From an uncultured virus (IMG/VR IMGVR_UViG_3300009418_000017) (taxonomy: Duplodnaviria; Heunggongvirae; Uroviricota; Caudoviricetes), in the IMG/VR virus record IMGVR_UViG_3300009418_000017: a stretch of DNA of 64,000 bases. One strand, written 5' to 3'. The notes under the pieces are model-generated. The model did not search any database. It was not told the DNA's origin and saw only the letters and a list, made by a program, of their open reading frames with translations. Of the stretch, positions 26,952 to 36,761 are shown piece by piece; positions within the stretch are counted from its first letter, which is position 1; each line of letters opens with the position of its first letter. The position numbers and the translations under genes were made by a program.

Positions 26952-27222
26952 TCTCAGTAATCTGCTCCGGCTCGATTAAGGCAGTTACGAGCAATTCAAT
27001 TGCCTGGTTGAATCCGGCTCTTAACTTCTCTAAGTCCGAGCTTCTTTTACTGTAGGCAGAACTGAGCTCCTGGTTTTTCTTCTTCTCGATGACAACCTGC
27101 CGCTCTAACTCTTCAATGTCATTGGCCGCTTGGAGTAGTTTATCGGCTGAGCTTGTGCAACCACAATCTTCTTCAGTGGCGTGTTTTCTCAACTCTTCTG
27201 GTGTAATTCTGCTCATACTCAC
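26884..27222 (-). CDS. Hypothetical coiled-coil protein
   Basis: Coupled operon ORF. Confidence 0.55.
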   Translation of the reverse strand: MSMSRITPEELRKHATEEDCGCTSSADKLLQAANDIEELERQVVIEKKKNQELSSAYSKRSSDLEKLRAGFNQAIELLVTALIEPEQITENEIYEFRTLELSVPKEQVDEEV

Positions 27223-27425
27223 TCCATCGGTCTCAAAATGGTTGTTTGAAAGTGCGTGGTCTCCCGATCATTCTCGAAAGACCGCACTACCGCCTTCTTA
27301 TCGCTTGGAATGTCTATTACTTCTCCGAGAAAGAAGCGCTTAGCCTTAGAACCGGCGTGTATGGTATTAATGGTGTAGACGGTATCGCCTACACTCAAAG
27401 GGTTGCCGTGAATGTCATTCATCAC
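27219..27425 (-). CDS. Small SH3-like phage protein
   Basis: DIHGNPLSVGDTV motif. Confidence 0.6.
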   Translation of the reverse strand: MMNDIHGNPLSVGDTVYTINTIHAGSKAKRFFLGEVIDIPSDKKAVVRSFENDRETTHFQTTILRPME

Positions 27426-27894
27426 TGTTCACCAATTTTCTTATTTCTTCTTTAAGGTGTTCAACTTCAATCACGTCAAATGGGCCAGAGGCGCTTGCCT
27501 GGCCAATTGTTCTTGAGTGATTTTCAATAACGCTCTTGGCAAACTCCCGAACTGCCTCTTTCTTCACCTTTTCCAGAGAGAGCTCAGGTATAGAGCCGAG
27601 CACCTCATCCATTTCACCCTCAAAGTCGGCATTAAAATCGACACTTTGGTGATACTTAAAACAATCATCTATGTTTTTCAGATGAGCTTTGAGGCTGACT
27701 ACCTCAAGCCTAGCCTCTTCAAGATGCTCCACCGGACGTTTGCCGTCTAAACGCCCGACCACAGTGTAGAATGAGCCGTAATTTGAACCGTAGTGTTGCT
27801 CCAGGTAATTCGGTGCACCACTTTCAAGAAACGCCTCGAATAACAAGGCGGCTGCACTGTTGCGCTCTTCATCAGTGATCACTTCTTTAGCCAT
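27415..27894 (-). CDS. Hypothetical protein (probable start MAKEV)
   Basis: GGGGG RBS before ATG overlapping the upstream stop region. Confidence 0.6.
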   Translation of the reverse strand: MAKEVITDEERNSAAALLFEAFLESGAPNYLEQHYGSNYGSFYTVVGRLDGKRPVEHLEEARLEVVSLKAHLKNIDDCFKYHQSVDFNADFEGEMDEVLGSIPELSLEKVKKEAVREFAKSVIENHSRTIGQASASGPFDVIEVEHLKEEIRKLVNSDE

Positions 27895-28573
27895 TGAGCG
27901 CCCCCTGACTTGAGCCGGATACCTGTTTGTCCAGATTTGCGCTGCGACCTGCATTGACGCCCTTCATATAGGCACCGCTTTCTTGCATCGAAGGTTGACG
28001 ATGACTGCGACTGAACGTTTTTAGCTTACCAAAGTGCTGCTCAATCATCTTTTGCTTCATTGGAATGAGCTCGGTACCTGTTTCGGTAACCATATCCTTC
28101 TCACGCTCACGCTTTATCTCCATAATGCGAGTGTTTATCTCGGTAGCGAAGCCTAAGCGGAAGAAGTTTCGCTCAGAAGCGCCTACTGCATCGGAAAGAT
28201 TAACCTGACGCTCACACTCCTGAACTAAGTAGTCCATCGTGAGCTTGGCCACCACTGCATCTGATGTGAAACCCTGAAAGCGATACTCAACTTCAGGCCG
28301 GCTTGTAACCACTGATGTGCAATCGTTCAGCTGACCAACCGCTGATGCCAGGTAAAGCATCCATGTTTTGCGCTGTCTGGTCACTGAGTCAGCTTTCGTT
28401 TCAAGAAACTGGCTAAGCTCAGACTCCTGAATGTCTTCTTTAGAGAGTTGGTGTTTATCCATCAACTTGCGAGCCTTACGTGCGGCAATCATTGCCTCGT
28501 TCGGGCTGCTTGTGTCTTCCGCCATAGCCAGGAGCTTGCGGATTTTATCAATAACTTTGTCGTTATCACTCAT
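27887..28573 (-). CDS. DUF2786-domain protein
   Basis: DKIRKLLAMAED...PNEAMIAARKARKLMDKHQL; C-terminal GVNAGRSANL. Confidence 0.8.
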   Translation of the reverse strand: MSDNDKVIDKIRKLLAMAEDTSSPNEAMIAARKARKLMDKHQLSKEDIQESELSQFLETKADSVTRQRKTWMLYLASAVGQLNDCTSVVTSRPEVEYRFQGFTSDAVVAKLTMDYLVQECERQVNLSDAVGASERNFFRLGFATEINTRIMEIKREREKDMVTETGTELIPMKQKMIEQHFGKLKTFSRSHRQPSMQESGAYMKGVNAGRSANLDKQVSGSSQGALNG

Positions 28574-28580
28574 AACTATT

Positions 28581-28657
28581 ACCTTGCTTTTTGCTGAATG
28601 TATTTCAATTATGACATACGAAAATAGGCGCTCAAGAGCGCCCTTAATTTAATTGCC
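28581..28657 (-). promoter_or_regulatory. Representative promoter/operator/leader cassette (also ~30431, 33400, 34391, 36685, 37684, 38840, 40176, 42681, 50712)
   Basis: Minus strand: GGCAATTAA - hairpin with -35 TTGAGC - GCCT - operator containing -10 CATAAT - ACATTCAGCAA..GCAAGG - ATG. Confidence 0.85.
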
Positions 28658-28975
28658 TTCGACAACATGAGTAACAGGCTTGCCAAGCATACTGATGGTT
28701 TTCAGTATCTCACCTGGTGTTGCGTACTGAAGCTGCTCAGACCGCCCCTCTCTAACGTATCGATAAACAGACATCGTCCGCCAATCCGGATGCTTTCTGT
28801 CACTGCAAAGCTTCCATTTGGCACTATTGTTTTCACGCCTGAACACATCTAGCCAAGCCGAGTTGTGACCGTTTATGTTGTAACAGGTTGAAGCTCTTAT
28901 TTTCACCTGAGAGCCGTCTTCTCGGGTTATTAAAGCTTCAACCTCGCTTACCAACTTTTCTTGATCTTCACTCAT
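28649..28975 (-). CDS. Hypothetical protein
   Basis: Coupled ORF ending in cassette-derived GN*. Confidence 0.65.
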   Translation of the reverse strand: MSEDQEKLVSEVEALITREDGSQVKIRASTCYNINGHNSAWLDVFRRENNSAKWKLCSDRKHPDWRTMSVYRYVREGRSEQLQYATPGEILKTISMLGKPVTHVVEGN

Positions 28976-29235
28976 GCCGTGTAATACCCCAACTTTTTAT
29001 CGAAACGCCTAAGAAAATCGGGTACCACCTCCAACGTGCCGGAATTCATTTTTTCAATGACCGAGTCAGACATACCCATCAGACAGTCGAGCACTTCTTC
29101 ATCGCCAAAGGCTTCAAAGTTTTGATTGATTTTGGGCAAAATAGTCAGCGTCTCGTTGATATTGCAGCGAATCCAAATGCCTTTCATTATCTCACCAACA
29201 AAGGCGTGACAGCCTTCTTCATTGTCATAAGGCCC
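28972..29235 (-). CDS. Hypothetical protein (start approximate, near MGPY)
   Basis: GGAGG RBS near the end of the upstream gene. Confidence 0.45.
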   Translation of the reverse strand, partial: GPYDNEEGCHAFVGEIMKGIWIRCNINETLTILPKINQNFEAFGDEEVLDCLMGMSDSVIEKMNSGTLEVVPDFLRRFDKKLGYYTA

Positions 29236-29590
29236 CATACAAACCTCCAAACTCTTCTTCGATTCCATGATAGTCAGCAAATTCCCATGAAGCTAAAGCG
29301 TTACCCTTAATCTCTTCGACTTTCGGGTGGGCGCGTGACGCCTTTAGAAGTTCAATCATTGGCTCGGTCATAGGTAAGCGGCAACTTTTCTGAATTGAAA
29401 AGAAAAGACCCGTACACGGCTCGGGATTAACCACCTCGCCGGAGTGATCGTGCTCGCTTCTCATGTGACATGGGATAACCGTTTCTGCATTAATCGCGTG
29501 GCGGTATATACCTGGGTCGTTTCCACCAAAATAACCACTAGCAGATCCCTTTTGATAAGGGCATTCTTTGCATGGACTTTTGCAACTCAT
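29225..29590 (-). CDS. Cys/His-rich metal-binding phage protein
   Basis: PCKECPY...PCH...PCTG pattern. Confidence 0.65.
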   Translation of the reverse strand: MSCKSPCKECPYQKGSASGYFGGNDPGIYRHAINAETVIPCHMRSEHDHSGEVVNPEPCTGLFFSIQKSCRLPMTEPMIELLKASRAHPKVEEIKGNALASWEFADYHGIEEEFGGLYGAL

Positions 29591-29847
29591 AAATCCAACT
29601 CTCCCTCTAAAATAAGCTCGATTTTTTCAATCTCTTTCTGATCTGGTAAGTGATCGCACTCCATAACTGCGATACTCATAATCGGTGTATGGTAATGTTC
29701 GTGAAAACTCCAACCCTTCGGGTACTCAAGAGAGCTAAGGCGCTCAAAATCTGGATTATCAGCGCTTTCGAACTCTTTCTCTGGCTCCTCGGCTTCGTAT
29801 GAGAACGGAACCCGAATGTAGCCACAAAATTCGGCATTTATGGACAT
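29587..29847 (-). CDS. Hypothetical acidic protein
   Basis: Coupled ORF. Confidence 0.55.
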   Translation of the reverse strand: MSINAEFCGYIRVPFSYEAEEPEKEFESADNPDFERLSSLEYPKGWSFHEHYHTPIMSIAVMECDHLPDQKEIEKIELILEGELDL

Positions 29848-30188
29848 AACTGCTCCTTCAGACTTGCCTCTATCTTTTCAAAACTAATCTCGCTAGGAGA
29901 ACCGTAATAGCCTATGGAAAGTGACAGTCCGGCGTGTCCAAACAGTATGTCAACGTTCTCCAAAACATACCCTTCAGGCATACGGAGATCTCTTAGGTCG
30001 AGGTCGTGAGTCACCGAAACTGCATCAAACAAAACCTCCACCTTGAGAGTCACGCTACCTCTATTCACTACTATCGACATCGTGTCACCCCAAAATCTCT
30101 CAGGTTTATGGCCACGTCTTCTCGCAAGTCGCAGCCTTTTAGAAAGGCTTTCAGCCACAGCGAACGACCCTCCGGATCGAATCGCCAT
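29838..30188 (-). CDS. Hypothetical protein
   Basis: Operon ORF. Confidence 0.5.
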   Translation of the reverse strand: MAIRSGGSFAVAESLSKRLRLARRRGHKPERFWGDTMSIVVNRGSVTLKVEVLFDAVSVTHDLDLRDLRMPEGYVLENVDILFGHAGLSLSIGYYGSPSEISFEKIEASLKEQLCP

Positions 30189-30227
30189 AACCAGCGAAAC
30201 GCCTGATACCGGCTCATCGCTGTCACT

Positions 30228-30425
30228 TTAAGCATTGGAACCTCTGTCAGTGATAACGCACGAATCCAACTTGAAGCGCTCCTGCCAAACCGCCCCGCAC
30301 TCCATGCACGAACACTCTTGGTGAGCTGCTATTTGAGAGACCTCAACGAATCCACCATCCACGCTTTCTTTGCCGCATACAGGGCAAACATCGGCATCGT
30401 TTCTTGCCACTTCTTGTTCTTTCAT
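30228..30425 (-). CDS. Zinc-ribbon protein
   Basis: CPVC...CMECGAVW; cassette upstream. Confidence 0.7.
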   Translation of the reverse strand: MKEQEVARNDADVCPVCGKESVDGGFVEVSQIAAHQECSCMECGAVWQERFKLDSCVITDRGSNA

Positions 30426-30513
30426 TTTAAACCTCGCTTGCTTGCTGAATGTATCTCAATTCTGACATATCGAGATAGGCACACAAGAGCTAATAAGCAA
30501 TTAATTGCCTACA

Positions 30514-31032
30514 TTAACCCTTGTGATTTTTCACTATTTTTAGTATCTCTTTCGCCTCAGATACCTGTTTGTCGAGCCGGTTGCGCTCTTCTCTCACTGA
30601 GTATAGTAATTCTCTGAGGTCGAGAGCGTTGTGCATGGCGTCGTGGTAGCTCGTGATGCTGTCAGCTCGGTATTGGAAAGAGAAGTTCTTGTAATTGTTC
30701 TGAGAGAAGGCCAGGCGCAACGCTATGCGCTTTTTCTTGACCGTTATATTGGTGGTGTCGGTGTTAACGATAATGCCGTAGGACTCTGGCAACTCGTAAC
30801 CTAAAGACTCGATCAATTTGCCAAGCTCATTAATGCTGAGCTGATTGCTTGCTCTTTTCACCAACGAACTTTCTTTTTTGCCGCCCTCTAAAGGCTCCAG
30901 AAACTTCCATGATGAGCGATGCGCTTGATTAAAGAGCGAATGCTCATCTACTAAGACCACGCCAGTGCAAACAACAACTGTCTCTCCGGTTGGTATGTGA
31001 ATAAGCTTCTGCTCCAGTCGTCTGCCTCCCAT
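30514..31032 (-). CDS. Hypothetical protein (start revised to MGGRR)
   Basis: Shared leader and GAGG RBS at 31039-31057. Confidence 0.55.
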   Translation of the reverse strand: MGGRRLEQKLIHIPTGETVVVCTGVVLVDEHSLFNQAHRSSWKFLEPLEGGKKESSLVKRASNQLSINELGKLIESLGYELPESYGIIVNTDTTNITVKKKRIALRLAFSQNNYKNFSFQYRADSITSYHDAMHNALDLRELLYSVREERNRLDKQVSEAKEILKIVKNHKG

Positions 31033-31122
31033 CCTTAGCCTCGCTATTTGCTGAATGATAATAAAAAAGCTTGAGTGCTTATTCTGACATTGCGAATAAG
31101 GCACTCAAGCTTTCGGGTTTAA

Positions 31123-31533
31123 TTAATTACCTTCAATCAAAAAGTCTTCGAGTTTATTTTGACCACTTTCGATGCTCTGCTTGATAACATCTGGAATACG
31201 ACCCTGACCAGTCCAAGTCTGCCGGTCTCCATTAGAGTCTTTGTATTCGTATTTAGGCGGCAATTTCTGGCTCTGCTTTCTAACGCTTTTAGCTTCAACC
31301 AAGTCATCAACGGTAAGCCCTGCTGATTTCAATTGTTGATTGAATTCTTCTATCTTTTTAAGCTTTTCACGTTGGGCTTCGAGCTTCTGCTCATTCTCCA
31401 CATGAATATCTGAGAAACATTCATTCACTTTGCTTTGCAATTGATCAAGGGCTTGTTCGTCCAATTGTCTCAAGTATTTCTTAAAACGATGCTTGTTGGA
31501 AATGATGCTTTCGAATTCTTCAAATTCCGACAT
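31123..31533 (-). CDS. hns: H-NS family nucleoid-associated protein
   Basis: PPKYEYKDSNG...TWTGQGRIP signature; N-terminal coiled coil. Confidence 0.9.
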   Translation of the reverse strand: MSEFEEFESIISNKHRFKKYLRQLDEQALDQLQSKVNECFSDIHVENEQKLEAQREKLKKIEEFNQQLKSAGLTVDDLVEAKSVRKQSQKLPPKYEYKDSNGDRQTWTGQGRIPDVIKQSIESGQNKLEDFLIEGN

Positions 31534-31584
31534 AAATGTTACCTATTTGTTGCTAGCTGAATAATCTAGGCCGTAGCCTATTTT

Positions 31585-32262
31585 TCAAAATACCACATCA
31601 AAAAGTTTCGGTCTCCCCCTGCTCTCAATATCCTTTTCAAAATAATATCGCTCAGAAGAAGGGGAATTTTGACAGGCTTTATACCACTCAACAGCATCCT
31701 CAAATTTTGCCATTATCAATGAGGCTGAACTGTTCTTTATGCTCACTTCCTGGCCAGTATTTTCATACATCCAGTCCACAGCCATAGCCGGTGTCACTTG
31801 AGATATGTGATAAGTCTGGTAATCAAAGGAGCCTGAATACTCTTCAGATATTTCATTCATTGTATCTGCGAAGGCATTCAACACAATTTGGCAAGAATCT
31901 AATGCGGGATGGCCAGGTGTCGTTCTATCCATGAACTGATACATTCTTTCAATTACCTTTCGGCTAATCTCATGAAACAGATCACCATAAATGTGCTGAC
32001 CCAAAGCACGAGCTATTCTTTGCTCAACAGTGGGACCTTCATCACTGTAATCATCCTCAATGAACTGAACAATAAAACGGATCTCTGCTTTTCTAACAAT
32101 GTCCATTCTAATTGTTTGTTCACCAACATTTCTCGCATCCCTTGTTAGAAAAGCGGCAGTCTCACCTTCCGGCGCTCTTCTTTTCATACGTCTTTCATTG
32201 CAAACCTTTGCGTTTTGGGCGAGATTCATTAAAACGTTTGCAATACCGCTAGACTCTTTCAT
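31585..32262 (-). CDS. Hypothetical protein
   Basis: 225-aa coupled ORF. Confidence 0.6.
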   Translation of the reverse strand: MKESSGIANVLMNLAQNAKVCNERRMKRRAPEGETAAFLTRDARNVGEQTIRMDIVRKAEIRFIVQFIEDDYSDEGPTVEQRIARALGQHIYGDLFHEISRKVIERMYQFMDRTTPGHPALDSCQIVLNAFADTMNEISEEYSGSFDYQTYHISQVTPAMAVDWMYENTGQEVSIKNSSASLIMAKFEDAVEWYKACQNSPSSERYYFEKDIESRGRPKLFDVVF

Positions 32263-32597
32263 TTTAAACGAAACCTTTTTGCTTTAATTACTTTGCCATT
32301 AGCCATAACTGAGAAAACGATAGCACCCTCACTCTCGAAAACGTCAATATCCAATACTTCTTCGAGCAATTCAGCGAGCCCCTGCTTTTTCTCTTCTCGC
32401 TCACGCTCCTCAGCCAACTCTTCTTCTCTGACTTCTTTTTGGCGCTGACGAATTCTAAACGCCTCTTCTCGATAAGCTTCTTCGTATGCTTCTTGAAGGT
32501 GAGACTGTTTGTATTTCACCTCCGGATCAACTTCAGGGCACCCGTCAAGGCGCCCCTGTCTTCTTGCGTGTGAAGGGCTAGTCGGCATTGTCATCAC
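32259..32597 (-). CDS. Hypothetical protein
   Basis: Coupled ORF. Confidence 0.55.
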   Translation of the reverse strand: MMTMPTSPSHARRQGRLDGCPEVDPEVKYKQSHLQEAYEEAYREEAFRIRQRQKEVREEELAEEREREEKKQGLAELLEEVLDIDVFESEGAIVFSVMANGKVIKAKRFRLK

Positions 32598-33393
32598 CGA
32601 CAGATTCTTTCGAACTTTTTAGCGCCTGTTCGTAGACAGCTAAACCGACATTGGCATACAAGTCGCCATGCGCAGCCGCCTCTTTCATCACTTCAGGGTC
32701 AAACTTTTCAACATTGCGATCAGACCCAACCACAAGCCAATGACTTTGAACGGTATTTGGTGAAATGAAGTGTGAAAACCTAGCGTTCTTTATCTTTTCA
32801 AGGTCAATGAGAAGATCAGCCGGCTCCAAGCTATCTGTTGGCCTTTCTTCCTTTCCTCTGTCGAGCTCATTAACGAAAATGAGTGGCATATAGTGCTGCA
32901 TACTATTCAGGTCGTCTCGATTCATAATCTCAACCGCGTCCTCTGTTTGATCAACAGCAGCTTTCATGGCCAACTCAACTCTACTAACTTCTCTTTCCTG
33001 GCACCGCTTAAACAATTTATCGAATGGTGTGTAGAAGAATAAGCAGCTGCGATGACCATAGAATTCGACATCCGGCCTGGCCTGAACGTAATGAACGTTG
33101 TAGAAGCTTAGGTTTTCAGATACCAGGTGACCAAAGTCGTCACAGGCAAAGTGGTGAACATCATCGATGTCCAAAATGACGAAAGTGCCATGCTTAGACT
33201 TAACGACAAAAAAGACATTGCTGTCAGGGTTGTCATCAAAAAAGCTGTTCATTACACCAACCGCATCATTTTCGTTGGTTACATAAAACAACGGATTGGT
33301 ATTTGGGTCTTCGATAATCTCTGTGCACTCATGGTTAGTGTAATCCAGAATGCTCTTCTCCAAGTTAACGACTGCAAGTATTACTCGTGACAT
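32578..33393 (-). CDS. Hypothetical protein (start revised to MSRVI)
   Basis: Cassette at 33400-33440 lies inside the longer called ORF. Confidence 0.65.
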   Translation of the reverse strand: MSRVILAVVNLEKSILDYTNHECTEIIEDPNTNPLFYVTNENDAVGVMNSFFDDNPDSNVFFVVKSKHGTFVILDIDDVHHFACDDFGHLVSENLSFYNVHYVQARPDVEFYGHRSCLFFYTPFDKLFKRCQEREVSRVELAMKAAVDQTEDAVEIMNRDDLNSMQHYMPLIFVNELDRGKEERPTDSLEPADLLIDLEKIKNARFSHFISPNTVQSHWLVVGSDRNVEKFDPEVMKEAAAHGDLYANVGLAVYEQALKSSKESVGDDNAD

Positions 33394-33484
33394 AATCATT
33401 TCCTGCTTTTTTTGCTGAATGTATTTCAATTTTTACATACCGTAGAAGGCATACAAGCGGCGCCTCAATAAAGACGCCACTGAC

Positions 33485-33817
33485 TTAAAAGGCGTAAACG
33501 TCTTCGCTGTCCAGTTCGTAAGACTGAATGTCAGGCATTCGATCTCGAACAACTGCACCCCAGTCAACGTGGCAAAATATGTAGCCAGGAATCTCCACAC
33601 CTTGCTCGTCGAGTTCCTCTTGAACCTTTTTCTTAAGAGCTTCATCGCCAACAACAAAGTACTCTTCGTGATAGCACTCGATCTCTTCCCAAAACCGCTT
33701 CACCTCTTCGTACTCATCATCTTCTTCATCAAGCCAGTCTAAGAGAAGCTCCACATCCTTCTTGTTAAAAGAGCCGCCACTGGTCAAGTCACTGATACAC
33801 TGAAAATCACCAAACAT
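33485..33817 (-). CDS. Highly acidic protein, ArdA-C-terminal-like (possible DNA mimic)
   Basis: D/E-rich; IPGYIFCHVDWGAVVRD resembles the ArdA YIDYEAIARD segment. Confidence 0.5.
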   Translation of the reverse strand: MFGDFQCISDLTSGGSFNKKDVELLLDWLDEEDDEYEEVKRFWEEIECYHEEYFVVGDEALKKKVQEELDEQGVEIPGYIFCHVDWGAVVRDRMPDIQSYELDSEDVYAF

Positions 33818-33820
33818 AAC

Positions 33821-34201
33821 TCACCCCACTGCGTAGAATTGATAACCGAAACACTCATAGCCTGAACTCGACTTCAAACCTGGCTCTTTCCTGAGCCGGT
33901 ACTCATAAAAGTTAATGAGGTCGATAAGCTCCGCATCATCCTCATCCTCTTCATCAAGCCCGAGCCGGTTTAGCAGCTCATATTTGAAATGCTCTTCAAT
34001 GGCCTCGACCGTAATGAAGCGCTCTCTACCGTCACTTTCAACCTTAGCCGTGATAGCTTCAGCTTCTTTGTACTCTTTATGGTCAACGCCAACGTCACCG
34101 GCTAACCAATGAAGTGCTTCTTTCATCTGAGACAGCGTAAACTTTGGCTGAGTCAGAACTTCGTCAAACGACATCGGTGGATTTGCTTCATCAAACGTCA
34201 T
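33821..34201 (-). CDS. Acidic hypothetical protein (probable start MTFDE)
   Basis: GGAGG RBS; LDEEDEDDAEL. Confidence 0.55.
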   Translation of the reverse strand: MTFDEANPPMSFDEVLTQPKFTLSQMKEALHWLAGDVGVDHKEYKEAEAITAKVESDGRERFITVEAIEEHFKYELLNRLGLDEEDEDDAELIDLINFYEYRLRKEPGLKSSSGYECFGYQFYAVG

Positions 34202-34385
34202 CACGACCTCCGTACAGCTCCGTGTGCTGTTTTTCTTGCGACTGAGTGTCATTGGGTAGGGCTAGCTGACTTCTTCCCGCATTTTGCTTTGCCGCAATCA
34301 CAGTGAGCTCGCCACGTCGAGACCCTTCAATCTGGCTACCGCCAAACATCGAGTCTATTTGCTTCTCCACATCGCTTAAGTTCAT
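34191..34385 (-). CDS. Small protein resembling a DnaB-helicase P-loop fragment
   Basis: IDSMFGG...RRGELTVIAAKQNAGRS; first gene after cassette 34391. Confidence 0.55.
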   Translation of the reverse strand: MNLSDVEKQIDSMFGGSQIEGSRRGELTVIAAKQNAGRSQLALPNDTQSQEKQHTELYGGRDDV

Positions 34386-34481
34386 CTAAAACCTCGTTTG
34401 CTGCTGAATGTATTTACATAATGACATACAAAAATAGGCAAACAAGCGCTTTCAAACACTTATTTGCCTATGGTGGTGGAT

Positions 34482-34829
34482 TTACTTAACGGCTAAAACA
34501 AGAGTGTCTTTACCGTCATCGACCATCTTCAACTCTTTGCCTTCAGTATTCTCCGGCGTTGGAATTGGAAGCTTCAGTTCGCCGCCCTGAGATTCGACCG
34601 CTAACTTCAACATATCAGCCAGGTTCTTTCGCTTGGCGTCTGCATCAGTCACCTTCTGTTCAAGGTCTGACTTTTGGCTGTCGAGCTCATTGAACTCTTT
34701 GGATACAAACTGAAACATGGCGCCGACATTCAAAACACCGTCACCAGGCAAACCCAACATACTCACTGGAAGTGACACTTGAGACTGGCAAAGGTCTCGG
34801 ATAATTGCGTAATTGTCTACTCTACTCAA
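34482..34829 (-). CDS. Hypothetical protein
   Basis: Operon ORF. Confidence 0.6.
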   Translation of the reverse strand: MSRVDNYAIIRDLCQSQVSLPVSMLGLPGDGVLNVGAMFQFVSKEFNELDSQKSDLEQKVTDADAKRKNLADMLKLAVESQGGELKLPIPTPENTEGKELKMVDDGKDTLVLAVK

Positions 34830-35310
34830 CTTCTTCTCCTAAATTTACTGAGTTATAACGTGAAAGTCGCAAGGCGAATGTCATTTCTTCACCGAAACAA
34901 GCGTTCCCCATGACTTTCATTGCTTCAATGATCTTGTTTACTTGTTCAATCGGAACATTCAATACCTTGTCTTCTATGAGATCGTCATCAATGGGCTCTT
35001 CGTAAACTTCATAGAAAGTGTCAATAGGTGCCACATCAAGAACCATTCCAGGTCTGCCCAAACCTTTCTTCACAAAGTCATCGAGAAGAATCCAGTCACT
35101 TTGCTTGGTCACCGGAGCCATTTGAAGCTCAGCGAACTTGGACATCATCGAGTCATTGAGAACAACCACCTTTTCGTAGTTGCTCTCTACGCACGACATA
35201 CAACGACCTCGCTGAGACAATTGCGCTGCTAGCTCGTCACACTGGTGGCAGCGCTTCATGTTGCTTGGTTCAAGATCGAACTCTCGGGCGGTGCTCATTA
35301 AAGACTCCAA
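34822..35310 (-). CDS. Hypothetical protein with N-terminal Zn finger
   Basis: CHQC...CMSC. Confidence 0.6.
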   Translation of the reverse strand: MESLMSTAREFDLEPSNMKRCHQCDELAAQLSQRGRCMSCVESNYEKVVVLNDSMMSKFAELQMAPVTKQSDWILLDDFVKKGLGRPGMVLDVAPIDTFYEVYEEPIDDDLIEDKVLNVPIEQVNKIIEAMKVMGNACFGEEMTFALRLSRYNSVNLGEEVE

Positions 35311-35612
35311 TTCATTTCTTCAAAGAATGATTTAGGCAACGAATAAACCGTGAAGCCGGTGGCGTCTCGGTCATAGCGCAACACAGAGATAGCCTTAGAC
35401 ACCTCTTCATGCTCAACACCTTCCGGCACGAACAAAGTGAAGTGCATACCATCCGGCCCTGACAATTCTTCAGAGAAAGGGAAGTTGTTCGCCACCTCGC
35501 CCCAACGTGAAGCCCATTTGAATGCACTTTCGAGACCCAAGCGATTTTCTTCAATCAAATGACTTCCATCTAAAATCTTAGTTTTTGGCATTGCTTGGCA
35601 CCCCCACATCAA
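35298..35612 (-). CDS. Hypothetical protein
   Basis: Operon ORF; start possibly MPKTK. Confidence 0.5.
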   Translation of the reverse strand: MMWGCQAMPKTKILDGSHLIEENRLGLESAFKWASRWGEVANNFPFSEELSGPDGMHFTLFVPEGVEHEEVSKAISVLRYDRDATGFTVYSLPKSFFEEMNWSL

Positions 35613-36123
35613 TTAATTCTGCCGCTGTCTCTTCAGACACGGTGTTCATGGTCAGACAATTGTGGTCAAAGTCGCTTTCGGCAACGGTAGCCACCTCATC
35701 ATAGAAAACCGCCAGAGCGTCATCGAACGAAAGCGCTTTAACAATGGCCACAACAGACTTTTCATCTTTCTGAGCCACGTAGTACTTCTTAAGCTCCTCA
35801 AGTCGGCGCTCATTGGCAGCTCGAATCAGATAGTGAATTTTAGCCCCGATAGGCTTCGGATAATCAAGCTCTCTTAGAACATCAACCAGTCGAGCCCGAA
35901 TAACTATTCTGTTGCCTGACTCGTCAGCAAGTCTTTCACTTTGAAAGAAGACAACTTTACCCAAGTCATCTTCGAGATAACGAAAGACATCCAGAACGTT
36001 TTTGTAGTCACTCAAGGACAATCCGCTAGGCTCCATCAACACCGACATTTCAAGGTCGGCACTTGGCTCATAAATAGCGCTTTCTTCGTCCGCCACTAAG
36101 AGCGGTAAGTCAACTTTATACAT
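35578..36123 (-). CDS. Hypothetical protein, probable paralog of 36145..36678
   Basis: Shared IYEPS/LYNPS, RARLVDVL/RANVQDLL, KIHYL, VAIVKALS/CAVVKASS. Confidence 0.65.
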   Translation of the reverse strand: MYKVDLPLLVADEESAIYEPSADLEMSVLMEPSGLSLSDYKNVLDVFRYLEDDLGKVVFFQSERLADESGNRIVIRARLVDVLRELDYPKPIGAKIHYLIRAANERRLEELKKYYVAQKDEKSVVAIVKALSFDDALAVFYDEVATVAESDFDHNCLTMNTVSEETAAELIDVGVPSNAKN

Positions 36124-36144
36124 TTAAACCTCACTCTTAGCATT

Positions 36145-36678
36145 TCATTCGTAGAAAGGAACACCGGCTTCACGCTTGATATTGACAAGCTTGTCGCCTA
36201 GACCACACCAACTTAGCTCTAAACTAGATAGACTCTCCTGTGACGACGCAATGCCACACTCAAAAAGAGTCTTGCGAATAAAGTTGGCAGCTTCACCACC
36301 GGAGCTTGCTTTTACAACGGCACACACTGGCGTGTTTCGGCCTTCAACGAGATAGTGGATTTTGAATGCGGCAGACTCTCTATCAAAGATGCCTTTTACC
36401 AAGCCAATAAAAGACTTCAGCGAGTTGTGAGGCTGTCCCCAGTATTCTTCGAGAAGATCTTGTACGTTGGCTCGATAAGTTACCCCATCGTAACCAGCCT
36501 CAACAAAAGCCTGTTTGTCGGCATAGTCAGAGAAGCGGTGAAATAACCCCTTGAACTCTTCAAGTGTGTCGATAGTGATTTCACCTTCTGCAACCACAGT
36601 TTCACCGCTTATGCTTTCAGAAGGGTTGTAAAGATCTAAATCGTTAGAGCAAATATAAATAGCTGAATCAATTCTCAT
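36145..36678 (-). CDS. Hypothetical protein
   Basis: Cassette upstream. Confidence 0.7.
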   Translation of the reverse strand: MRIDSAIYICSNDLDLYNPSESISGETVVAEGEITIDTLEEFKGLFHRFSDYADKQAFVEAGYDGVTYRANVQDLLEEYWGQPHNSLKSFIGLVKGIFDRESAAFKIHYLVEGRNTPVCAVVKASSGGEAANFIRKTLFECGIASSQESLSSLELSWCGLGDKLVNIKREAGVPFYE

Positions 36679-36761
36679 GTTGTTACCTTGCTTGTTGCTG
36701 AATGTATTTCAATTTTGACATACAGTTTTAGGCAGTCAATACCGAACAAGACAAAAATTGC

